Below are positions 40,460 to 49,511 of a stretch of 52,955 nt of DNA, piece by piece. The number at the start of each line of letters is the position of its first letter. Positions within the stretch are counted from its first letter, which is position 1. Source of the stretch: Candidatus Coatesbacteria bacterium (GTDB taxonomy: Bacteria; JAFGND01); NCBI GenBank assembly GCA_016927185.1, contig JAFGND010000026.1:1-52955 (forward strand), in the 5' to 3' direction. The position numbers were made by a program, and so were the translations under genes. Under the pieces are notes generated by a model. The model did not search any database, had not been told where the DNA came from, and saw only the letters and a list, made by a program, of their open reading frames with translations.

Positions 40460-42479
40460 TTTTAATCAGAAATACTCCTTGTTTTCTTCTAATATTCGTT
40501 TGAAAAAGCAATGTCCTGAAGTCATGATAGTCCTTTTTTCCAATCAACGATGACATTCTTTTGAAATTATCATTATAGATGAGATTACCATTATTATCCA
40601 GAATACAGTCTTGTTTGAAGGAGTTTACACCTTTTGTCAGTCTGAACGATTGAGGCAGACCAAGAAACTTATAGCCAGGTGGGGGTACTATACTCAGTCT
40701 TATACTCTGCTCATATTTATTTGTATAGAATATAGGGAAGAATCTGTCTTCCCTTAAAACAGATGATAATGATAACAAATATAGTGGTAATTTCATGAAA
40801 AGAATCTTTCCTTCGGTATTTCTTAATATCAAGGGTGAAGAAAATGAAACTGAAATTATTAGTTGATCTGATTTATAGCTGTTTCCCTCAATACTAAAAC
40901 TGTCTATCTGGACATTAGACAATTCATCACTTAAGAAGTCATGCAGAAGTACACTTTTATATGCTTCATCAAATCTCTTTATATTCCTGTTTTGAATTGC
41001 TATATTTCCAGACAAGATTATCTTCAGTTTTCCTTTTGAAGGTTTGCCAAGCTCTATTCTCATATCTACATCCATTAATTCCGGTTTGTCATCAGGAATA
41101 CTTATAATAGACTTTCTTCTTATTGATAAGGCTTTGCTACCCATAAGAAAACCTGGTAATTGTGAGAAGTGCCTGTCAATTTCATTTATATATACATAAT
41201 AATCTTTTTCTCCAATTCTGAGGAAGACTACAGGATATAATAATTCAGCAAGGGTATGAATATCTTCCCTGAAATTCACTTCATTTCTCGATGCTACTAA
41301 AAGAAAATCTATATCAGTGAATCCACTATTCCTTAAAAGTGAATAATAAAGAAATGCTGCATCCATTCTCAATAAATATCTTGAATGTCTTATCTTCTCA
41401 TATTTACGAGGCAAAAAACCATATTCAGCAGGAGAAATATTCAATATGGAATACCTTATCAGCAAATCATAGTATAAATCCCTTGCTGTAGAAATATCTG
41501 AAAGAGTCCTTTTCCTGAAATCCTTTCTTAAAGTTGCTGAATCTGGAAGCATATTTTCAAGTTTCTGCATATAATCTATTGCTATACTATTCCAATTTTC
41601 ATTAAGTGATACTTTTAATTCCGGAGATATATAGTTTAAAGGAGGAGATTGCGATTCAGGAACAATAGCTTTCCTTTTCTCTATACTCCATGAATACTTG
41701 TTTCTCTTTCTGCTAGCAGTAATTGGAGGAGAATGAAATTGGTTTATAGAATAGTTTTCTGGCAATGTTAGTGTTACTGTTTTCCTGTAAATTGGTTCTG
41801 TATACTGAAATTGATGGCTAATTAGAAACGGTTTTTCAGCAGAATTATATTTGCATTTCAAGGTATAACTGAAAAACAGCACATTATTTTTACTTGATAG
41901 AGGCATAAAAAACCTTAGAATTCTGATTTTATTATCAGGATAATTGGATGCAGTTAATTTTGTTATAGCATTATCATTCGTATTTATAACAGTACCATTA
42001 GGAGTTACTGTTAATGCAAAATGAAGTTTTATCTCATCTGAACTATTGTAAATGATTTCCTGATTTCCTGCTTTTTCTCCCCCCTTGGGAGATAATATTT
42101 TTATCAACTTGATAACTTCCCTTTCATAAATACTATCATTTATTACTTTGTAATTTTCTTCCCAGTATAGATAAATAAAATTGTCATCTGATCTGATAAT
42201 ATCTTCAGAATCTTTTTTCCTAAGATACTTCATGGCATAATGCTTTATCTGATTTACATTCTCAGTTCCCTCAAATTGCCTGTAAGCTGAAAAAGAAATC
42301 TGTAAAATCTCTCTGAGATTAATTTCCAACATCTTGTTATGAGGCATTGCATTGAAGAATATTTTTTCATTAGTTATCTGCCTTATCTCTCCAGAATACT
42401 CCTCACCATTAACCAAATATAGTTTATCTGAATAGTAAATACTTATATAACTTAGTAACAAAAGAAGTATTTTTCTCAT
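40452..42479 (-). CDS. Exported DUF3857 / transglutaminase-like / DUF3858-type protein, probably catalytically inactive
   Basis: Same layout as its neighbour; YLLRMDAAFLYYSLLR in place of GDCxDKxxL. Confidence 0.65.
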   Translation of the reverse strand: MRKILLLLLSYISIYYSDKLYLVNGEEYSGEIRQITNEKIFFNAMPHNKMLEINLREILQISFSAYRQFEGTENVNQIKHYAMKYLRKKDSEDIIRSDDNFIYLYWEENYKVINDSIYEREVIKLIKILSPKGGEKAGNQEIIYNSSDEIKLHFALTVTPNGTVINTNDNAITKLTASNYPDNKIRILRFFMPLSSKNNVLFFSYTLKCKYNSAEKPFLISHQFQYTEPIYRKTVTLTLPENYSINQFHSPPITASRKRNKYSWSIEKRKAIVPESQSPPLNYISPELKVSLNENWNSIAIDYMQKLENMLPDSATLRKDFRKRTLSDISTARDLYYDLLIRYSILNISPAEYGFLPRKYEKIRHSRYLLRMDAAFLYYSLLRNSGFTDIDFLLVASRNEVNFREDIHTLAELLYPVVFLRIGEKDYYVYINEIDRHFSQLPGFLMGSKALSIRRKSIISIPDDKPELMDVDMRIELGKPSKGKLKIILSGNIAIQNRNIKRFDEAYKSVLLHDFLSDELSNVQIDSFSIEGNSYKSDQLIISVSFSSPLILRNTEGKILFMKLPLYLLSLSSVLREDRFFPIFYTNKYEQSIRLSIVPPPGYKFLGLPQSFRLTKGVNSFKQDCILDNNGNLIYNDNFKRMSSLIGKKDYHDFRTLLFQTNIRRKQGVFLIKNE

Positions 42480-44548
42480 TCTTCAAACTCAAGAATTATT
42501 TGTTCTCTCGTAAAAGTTATTATTTCAAACAATTTAAGTTTGAACTCATTGAATTTTTCCACTGGGATAAGTCTGCTTTTTCTTATATATTCATCTTTGA
42601 ATACTATGTCTTTTCCATTTATGCTGTAGGAGCCTGAATAACTGAAAAAAGGATTTTCTATTTTGATACTAGCTGGAATATAAATGATTCTCATGTTTGA
42701 TGGCAGATTATAACAAAATGAATTAGATGAATATTTTGTATCCTGAAAAAACAATGGATTCATTCTGTTTTTATATTTCAATGCGGTGAATTCGGGAATA
42801 ATTTCTTCCAGATTAAAAGCGAAGAATTTATCATTAATAGCTCCAAGATTATACAGTATATATTCTTGTTTTATTTCCAGATTCCCTTTCAAGTCATAAA
42901 GATGTTTAAAATCAATGTTATTCAGATTAGATCCTGGATAACGCTTAGAAAGTTCTCCTTCAAAAATCTCTTCTATCTCTGAATTTTTCCTTGGAGAATA
43001 AAGATTTCTCAGTTTAGCAGCAGTAGAACCATTTGCTATTGTTTTGATTTCCAGCCTTGCTGTCTGTGGGCTTAAAATGCTTATTGTACCTTGCTGAAGA
43101 AAGGAATTATCTTTTGGATCTGGAACAGGAATTCTACTGAGCTTTCCTTCCATAATATCCATTGAATTTGATCCATAATTTATATAATCGAAATAAGGAA
43201 AATTGTAATGAATGCTTGAGGGATCCAGATAATATTCTTTGTCATTTATATAGCATTTTACAATAGCATGATTCCCATCAAGGCAGGGAATATCATCTAT
43301 CTGCTTTCTCTGATCATTAGTCATCAATATTATTGGATTGGATTTTATCCCTATTACCTTAAGTAATGCAGAGAACAAGATTGATTTGTCTATGCAATCT
43401 CCATATCCATTACTTAAAGTATTCTCTGCAGAATGTCCTGAAAAAGATGAACTTATGCTTTCCTTTAAAGAAATATATCTTACATTCCTTTGCATAAAAA
43501 TATATAGTAGATTCACTTTATCTTCTTCTGTCAAACCTGAAGCTGTAATTAATCTTGCCTGTTCAATTATTTTAGGAGTTGTTTCAAGTCTCTTGTTTAG
43601 AAACTTCGCATACCATTTAAATACTCTATCCCAGCTATCTACTGTTGTTGCATAAACAAAAGGTAGTGTGTCATAGTAAGGTGGACTTTCAGGTTCAAAT
43701 TCAATTGGAATCAAATCATGCAATGTCCATGTATAGGAAATTGAATTATCATTGTTTGAAATTAAAGGGTCAGGATTTGATTTGAAATTCCTTGTACTAT
43801 ATTTAAAAAAAGCATTCTTAGGCACTTCAATAGAAAAACTGTGACTGCCTGTTGGGAATCTATCATAAAACGAATGTTTCGGGAAAAAAAACTCCTTATT
43901 GAATGGTGTATGTTCATATTTTTCATATGTATAGTCTATAAGTGATCCAATACAAACACCAGGGAATATCAGGTTAAGCTTGACATATCTATCAATTGAT
44001 TTTTTGTCCGAAGATATACTTGTGAATATATCATCATCAGAAAGTAATACAACTGAAGCATCTGGCAAAATAACCCTAGCTCCCAATATCTTGATGTTTG
44101 ATCTTGCTTCATCAAACTCAAGAGATACCCTATTTCCTTTCAATGAAGAAATTGAGTTTAGTCTGTAACAGATGTGTCCTGATGTTTTCCTGTGTCCATT
44201 TGAAAGAAGTGTTTGTTTCAAATCATATTCAACAACTGAAAATCTATATCCAGGAAACCTTTTATTCAGATTATTTCCATTTTCTATAAGGTTTTTCGCA
44301 TCCTTGAAAACGAATTTCTCTTTGGATAAATACGGAGAATACTGATATCTGAAGAGGATTTCTTTGACTTCACTTCTCATATAAGTCTTTCCATTGCTCA
44401 AGATTATTTTATTCTCCTTGAATAAGGGAGGCAATGAATCTATTAATGAAGTATCATTAGTGAAAAAAATCTTGTAAAGATTCGCCTCCAAAAAGGAGAC
44501 ATTTAAAACGGATGCTAATATGAAAGTGATAGATAGAAAGTATCTCAA
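42476..44548 (-). CDS. Exported DUF3857 / transglutaminase-like cysteine protein
   Basis: GSLIDY; VRYIS...GYGDCIDKSILFSALL...GNHAIV...YLDPS (Cys-His-Asp). Confidence 0.85.
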   Translation of the reverse strand: MRYFLSITFILASVLNVSFLEANLYKIFFTNDTSLIDSLPPLFKENKIILSNGKTYMRSEVKEILFRYQYSPYLSKEKFVFKDAKNLIENGNNLNKRFPGYRFSVVEYDLKQTLLSNGHRKTSGHICYRLNSISSLKGNRVSLEFDEARSNIKILGARVILPDASVVLLSDDDIFTSISSDKKSIDRYVKLNLIFPGVCIGSLIDYTYEKYEHTPFNKEFFFPKHSFYDRFPTGSHSFSIEVPKNAFFKYSTRNFKSNPDPLISNNDNSISYTWTLHDLIPIEFEPESPPYYDTLPFVYATTVDSWDRVFKWYAKFLNKRLETTPKIIEQARLITASGLTEEDKVNLLYIFMQRNVRYISLKESISSSFSGHSAENTLSNGYGDCIDKSILFSALLKVIGIKSNPIILMTNDQRKQIDDIPCLDGNHAIVKCYINDKEYYLDPSSIHYNFPYFDYINYGSNSMDIMEGKLSRIPVPDPKDNSFLQQGTISILSPQTARLEIKTIANGSTAAKLRNLYSPRKNSEIEEIFEGELSKRYPGSNLNNIDFKHLYDLKGNLEIKQEYILYNLGAINDKFFAFNLEEIIPEFTALKYKNRMNPLFFQDTKYSSNSFCYNLPSNMRIIYIPASIKIENPFFSYSGSYSINGKDIVFKDEYIRKSRLIPVEKFNEFKLKLFEIITFTREQIILEFEE

Positions 44549-45079
44549 TTACTTATTCTGATTTTCAAGCCATTCCTGTTCTTTTACTTCTTTTCCATCA
44601 ATAAAATAATAAACAACTTCCTCCTCACCTTCCTTGTCATAAACCTTCCATATACCGTGTTTATTACCTTCCTTATAAGAACCTGTCATACTCAAAACTC
44701 CATTATCCCACCAATATGTTGTTTCTCCCTCAAGTCTTCCGTTCTTATAGGTTTCAACATATTCAACTTGTCCATTTCCAAACAAAACTTTTAGTTCACC
44801 ATTACCATCTTTGATATTGCATAATTCACTACCATCAGGATTATAGGATGTGGCTTTTGCAAGGTAATTTTTGCTATCCTTCTTCTCTAATTTCATTATC
44901 AGTCTCTTCTTACCATCTTCGAAATAGCCTGCAATTACAAGATAATTTCCCATCTGTCCCTCAAATACCCTCTTTGCTTTCTTGTTTGGCCATTCTTCAA
45001 GTATCTGCTTTCCAGCTGCGGAAAGCGAGGAACAAGCATAAGCAATGCAAATAAAAAGCAATAAGAACTTATTCATCAA
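44549..45079 (-). CDS. MORN-variant repeat (YwqK-like) lipoprotein
   Basis: Lipobox-like AYAC; YKNGRLEGETTYWWDNG and YKEGNKHGIWKVYDKEG repeats. Confidence 0.8.
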   Translation of the reverse strand: MMNKFLLLFICIAYACSSLSAAGKQILEEWPNKKAKRVFEGQMGNYLVIAGYFEDGKKRLIMKLEKKDSKNYLAKATSYNPDGSELCNIKDGNGELKVLFGNGQVEYVETYKNGRLEGETTYWWDNGVLSMTGSYKEGNKHGIWKVYDKEGEEEVVYYFIDGKEVKEQEWLENQNK

Positions 45080-45197
45080 TATCTCCTTGTTTGAATTCTG
45101 CTTGTTCCAACTTTATATATGCTTATGTCAAGTTTTTTTTAGCTATTTGCTTTAAATTTGTCTTGTAAATTTTACCAGCTTTTTTACTGCTTCCAAT

Positions 45198-47171
45198 ATG
45201 CAGCAAAAGAGAAAATCCAAGGAAAACAAAGCTAACATCCAAAAGAAAGGTAAAACAAGATTAGATTTTAGCAACATTCTAAAGGAATCCTTACCCATAA
45301 TTGTACTTGCTGTCATTATAATTATTGCCTATTTTAGTGTCTGGAATAATGGTTTCATTTATGATGATCATGATCTGATTGAAAACAATCCCCTGATGCA
45401 GGAAAAGATTCCTGTTAAATATATTTTCACAACAGAGTACTGGGAAACAACAAGAGGAAAAAGCAATTATTACAGACCTTTAATAATATTATCTTACAGA
45501 CTTGAAAACATGTTATGGAATAAAAAACCATCAGGTTTTCATGTTACTAATCTCTTAATCCATATACTAATTTCCATCTTGATATATTTCCTTTCAATGA
45601 AGCTGGGACTAAATAAACTGCAATCATTGCTTGCTTCAGCGATTTTTGGAATATCTCCTTTGCATACCCAGAGTGTGGCATGGATTTCAGGCAGAACAGA
45701 TCTCCTTGCAACTTTTTTTGCATTAGGATCTTATCTTTGTTTTATAAACGCAAGGAAGCTGAAATCATATCTTTTTTATATCCTGTCAGGTGTTCTATAT
45801 TTATCATCAATACTATCAAAAGAGATAACAGCTACTTTGCCAATTGTAATAATTGCAATAGATTTTATTAATAATGGAAATGAACTAATGAAGAATAAGA
45901 AAGCATGGATACATTATTTAGTATTCCTGCTTCCAATACTTATATATGTATATTTAAGATTGATGGTTGTTGGTAATTTTCTAGGAATAAAACCTCATGC
46001 TGAAGCTTGGTGGAATCCTGAAAATGGAAACCTTAGAAGATTCCTCACAGTTCCCCAGATTTTTGTATGGTATTTATACAAGAATATACTACCAATCAAT
46101 CTTAATTTTGACAGAGGAATTGACTTATCAAGCGGTTTTAATGATATATGGTTTTATATAAGCAGTATTGTTTTGTTAGCATGGATAATAGTAATTTTTG
46201 TTAGCCTTAAAAACTATAAAATAGTATCATCAGGATTAACATGGTTGTTCATTACATTAATACCATTATCAAATATATTTCCAATCTTTGAATCAGCTTT
46301 GGAGCATTTGTCATACTTTCCAAGTATAGGTTTTGCAATTGTTTTCGGATTTTTATATGGGAAAGCAATTTATAAATACAATTACAGGATTATTTATGTT
46401 ATTTCTATTATTCCTATTATCATATTCATGATATTGACACAATTACGTCTTAAAGACTGGAAAAATGATTTATCAATCTGGAGGGATACGCTTGCCAAAA
46501 AACCACATCTTTACAGGGCTCAATCTATGTATGGGCTTGCACTTGCTGATGCAGGTTTCAATGCTGAATCAATTGAACCCTTGAAGAAGGCTTTAGCTAT
46601 GAAACCTGATTATGCTCCTCCCCACTATAATCTTGGCTTGGCTTATAAGAAACTTGGAAAAATGAATGAGGCAAGAAAAGAGTTGGAAGAAGCAATCAGG
46701 ATAAATCCAGAGCTATTATCATCATATAATGTTCTTGGATCAATTTACTTCATGCAAAACGAATTCAAGAAAATGAGAGAACTTTTCGAGAAAGCAAATA
46801 AAGTGGAGAAACTGCCTTACCATTATTATAGTATAGGAATAGCAGCACAGAAGGAAGGCAATATATTGTTGGCAAAAGAATCATATGAAAATGCTCTTAA
46901 AATTGATCCTGATTATGCAAATGCTTATCTTGGATTAGGAGAAATTAATGCAATTTCTGGGAATGAAGATAAGGCTTTATATTATTATTCAATATCACTG
47001 AAAATTAATCCTTATCTTACTCCTGCTCTTGATAATATGGGATTGATCTTTCTTAACAGAGGAGAATATTCCAAAGCAAAAGCTTATTGGGAAAGAGCTT
47101 TGCAAATAAATCCCCAAGATCAGATAGCAAAAAGAAACCTAAGTATTTTAAGGCAAAAATCTCTTGACTGA
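45198..47171 (+). CDS. TMTC-like GT-C membrane glycosyltransferase with C-terminal TPR array
   Basis: FIYDD...I.NNP, YYRPL, FHVTNLLIH, SVAWISGRTDLL, SKE, EH.SYFPS, W...LSIW; multiple TPRs. Confidence 0.85.
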   Translation: MQQKRKSKENKANIQKKGKTRLDFSNILKESLPIIVLAVIIIIAYFSVWNNGFIYDDHDLIENNPLMQEKIPVKYIFTTEYWETTRGKSNYYRPLIILSYRLENMLWNKKPSGFHVTNLLIHILISILIYFLSMKLGLNKLQSLLASAIFGISPLHTQSVAWISGRTDLLATFFALGSYLCFINARKLKSYLFYILSGVLYLSSILSKEITATLPIVIIAIDFINNGNELMKNKKAWIHYLVFLLPILIYVYLRLMVVGNFLGIKPHAEAWWNPENGNLRRFLTVPQIFVWYLYKNILPINLNFDRGIDLSSGFNDIWFYISSIVLLAWIIVIFVSLKNYKIVSSGLTWLFITLIPLSNIFPIFESALEHLSYFPSIGFAIVFGFLYGKAIYKYNYRIIYVISIIPIIIFMILTQLRLKDWKNDLSIWRDTLAKKPHLYRAQSMYGLALADAGFNAESIEPLKKALAMKPDYAPPHYNLGLAYKKLGKMNEARKELEEAIRINPELLSSYNVLGSIYFMQNEFKKMRELFEKANKVEKLPYHYYSIGIAAQKEGNILLAKESYENALKIDPDYANAYLGLGEINAISGNEDKALYYYSISLKINPYLTPALDNMGLIFLNRGEYSKAKAYWERALQINPQDQIAKRNLSILRQKSLD

Positions 47172-47226
47172 AAATCAACAAATATACTTATTAAAACGAA
47201 GTCATTTTCAATACAACTAAACAATA

Positions 47227-47535
47227 ATGAAGATAATATTAGAATCAATTAGACTATCGGAAAGCGAATTGAAGGAAGTCCTTGACGGCTATTTTAATGA
47301 TGAAGAAGCTGCCATAAAGATTGAACTGAAGCAACCCTGGCTATGGTTTGAGATCTATCAGGATGGAACAATCCATTATGGTGCATATGGTTTGATTTCA
47401 AATAAGCCATTGTATAAATCACAAAAATTCTCTAATGATGAATGGAATAGTCTGAAATCTTTTATAGATTATTTACGAAATAAGGTTAATCCTTCTGACT
47501 CTCCTGAAGAAGAGATCTCACCACCTTCAAGTTAG
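47227..47535 (+). CDS. Hypothetical protein (102 aa)
   Basis: ATG ORF filling the gap between two convergent GT-C genes; protein-like composition; no motif recognised. Confidence 0.55.
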   Translation: MKIILESIRLSESELKEVLDGYFNDEEAAIKIELKQPWLWFEIYQDGTIHYGAYGLISNKPLYKSQKFSNDEWNSLKSFIDYLRNKVNPSDSPEEEISPPSS

Positions 47536-49381
47536 TATCAATATCTGCATTTTCAGGTTCAAGCTGCTTATAGATAAGCAGATACTTTTCAGCTTTCCTA
47601 TACTCCTTCTTCCTTACACATATATCTATGAAACGCCTTAAACCCCAGAAAAGATTATCCCTTGACTGCTTATCCTTTGGAAATCTCTCTATTAACTCAA
47701 GGGAATAATCTATTGCTTTTTCATACTTATTCAACGAATATAATATTAATACTCTATTCCTTTGTGCTTTTAAATGATTAGGATGCAACTCTATAAGCTT
47801 CTCAGCATAAAACAATGCCTCTTTTGCCTTATTCTGATATTTTGAAAGAATTACACTTAAATTCAGTAGAGCAGAAACATAATTTGGATCTTGTTTTAAT
47901 ACTTCATAATATAATGACTCTGCTTTTGCATGTTTTCCCTCACACTGATAAAACCATCCCAGATTATAGATCGAGGCATAATCCTGTTCATCCTTCATCG
48001 GACTTGCCTTGAAATTAGAAACAATAAATATTCCCAGTAAAAGAGAAACTGAAATAGCAATCCTCTTATAGTCCTTTCTTTCACTGTAGAGCATTATCAA
48101 TCCAGAGACGGAGAAAAGAATTAGAAAAGGAATTAATGGCAATCTGTACCTTGCTGTAACAAAAAAAGCTAATACAAAAAGGATATGCGTCATTATGAAA
48201 AAATAGATTAAAAGAAGTTTTCTCCAATTATGCAAAGTTAAAAACAAGCCAACAAATGCAAATGGATAGAGTATTCCCAATGGAAAAGAAAGAAATCCGG
48301 GTATTTTAAAAAGAGTATACTTGAGATATTGGCTATATTTCCTGAAAGCATATATATTCTGATTTCTCAATATCTCATGTCCTCTTAGTAAAAGAAAAAT
48401 CTTGTGTCTTAACAATCTCAATGCAGCAAGTGGATTATTCAGGTAAAAATCAAATCCTTTTTTCATCCAATAATTCGAGAGATCATCACTCTTTGTATAT
48501 CCATGCTTATGTTTTGGTTCTAAAGTCATCAGCTCCCATTCATAACCTGGTCTTAATCCAACAGTGCTAATATAATCAGGATTATTGCCTATATAGAAAT
48601 TCATGCCATTGTTAGAGCATACCGGAATAAAAACCTTTTCAGCATAATAATTATGAGCTGTTGTTAAAAGGATTGGAAAGATAAACATTGGAAAAAACCT
48701 ATAAAATGATCTTTTAGTTAATATTGGATAAGATGGTGTTTCAGTTTTATGCTTCTTCCCTGAATGAAATTTGTGTTTATGCAGGAATGAAAAGATGATA
48801 AATACTAAAACAAACAGAATAATTGATCCTCTTGTTATTGAAAGCAAACCAGCTGCCAGTCCAGCTAATCCCCAAAATACCATTTTCTGCTTTTCTCGTG
48901 CTAAGTAGAGCAAATAGAAGAAAAGCAGAAGCAAGAAGTTTTCTAAAACAGGATTAAGTATTTCAAGATCAAGAAATACTATTGTTGGATAAAAAGACAG
49001 GATTATTGCAGAAATATAAGCTATTCTTTTTTCAAAAATCTGTTTACCCAGCAAAAATAACAAAACACAAGTTAAACTGCCTATTATAGACTGGATAATT
49101 CGTAACAAAAGGAAGTTTTTTGCACCTATGAAAAAGTAAATAAATCCTAGAAAATATGGATAACCAGGAGCTTGCCAGAAAGCCAATTTCTCTATCAATT
49201 TCCCATCAGCAATTTCTATTGCTCTTTCATGATAAGTACCTGCATCTATTACTGGATGGTTGAAATATGGATTATCCTTAATCTCAAAGGTTACAAACAA
49301 TCTTACAATTAATGCAATTGCAAATATAATAATGATTTCCTTGTATAGCAGGATTCTCTTTGTTTTACTTCCTGAAGCCAT
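47486..49381 (-). CDS. ArnT/PMT_2-family GT-C glycosyltransferase with C-terminal TPRs
   Basis: IDAGTY...APGYPYFLG, E.L, TR, NFYIGNNP, ARYRLP; TPRs; start placed at ATG 49381. Confidence 0.85.
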   Translation of the reverse strand: MASGSKTKRILLYKEIIIIFAIALIVRLFVTFEIKDNPYFNHPVIDAGTYHERAIEIADGKLIEKLAFWQAPGYPYFLGFIYFFIGAKNFLLLRIIQSIIGSLTCVLLFLLGKQIFEKRIAYISAIILSFYPTIVFLDLEILNPVLENFLLLLFFYLLYLAREKQKMVFWGLAGLAAGLLSITRGSIILFVLVFIIFSFLHKHKFHSGKKHKTETPSYPILTKRSFYRFFPMFIFPILLTTAHNYYAEKVFIPVCSNNGMNFYIGNNPDYISTVGLRPGYEWELMTLEPKHKHGYTKSDDLSNYWMKKGFDFYLNNPLAALRLLRHKIFLLLRGHEILRNQNIYAFRKYSQYLKYTLFKIPGFLSFPLGILYPFAFVGLFLTLHNWRKLLLIYFFIMTHILFVLAFFVTARYRLPLIPFLILFSVSGLIMLYSERKDYKRIAISVSLLLGIFIVSNFKASPMKDEQDYASIYNLGWFYQCEGKHAKAESLYYEVLKQDPNYVSALLNLSVILSKYQNKAKEALFYAEKLIELHPNHLKAQRNRVLILYSLNKYEKAIDYSLELIERFPKDKQSRDNLFWGLRRFIDICVRKKEYRKAEKYLLIYKQLEPENADIDTNLKVVRSLLQESQKD

Positions 49382-49439
49382 ATTAATCTCAACAAGAAGG
49401 ATATAAAACACCTTATAGTCAAGCTTTTTGATAATTCAG

Positions 49440-49468
49440 TTTACAAATATAAAAAATACTTGTATATT
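49440..49468 (+). promoter_or_regulatory. Sigma70-type promoter for the 49512 gene
   Basis: TTTACA-N17-TATATT; SD GAGGAGG just before ATG 49512. Confidence 0.5.
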
Positions 49469-49511
49469 TTTCTTACAAATGGCTTATTGACAATAGTTTA
49501 GAGGAGGATTT

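Noticed and set aside
14677-45079. RiPP cluster built from the radical SAM, TldD/PmbA, HPrK-like kinase and transglutaminase-like genes
   Set aside because: The genes are scattered across separate operons among housekeeping genes; no precursor peptide, PqqD/RRE, YcaO or lasso cyclase was seen
44549-45079. YwqK-type toxin-antitoxin system
   Set aside because: The MORN-variant repeat is generic, the protein has an export signal, and no adjacent toxin domain was recognised
30753-49422. Novel promoter class with TTGAC followed by a -10-like hexamer at 13-nt spacing (near 30753, 35555, 47164, 49422)
   Set aside because: Other TTGAC sites do not fit, TAnnnT is common in AT-rich DNA, and a normal 17-nt promoter exists at 49440-49468
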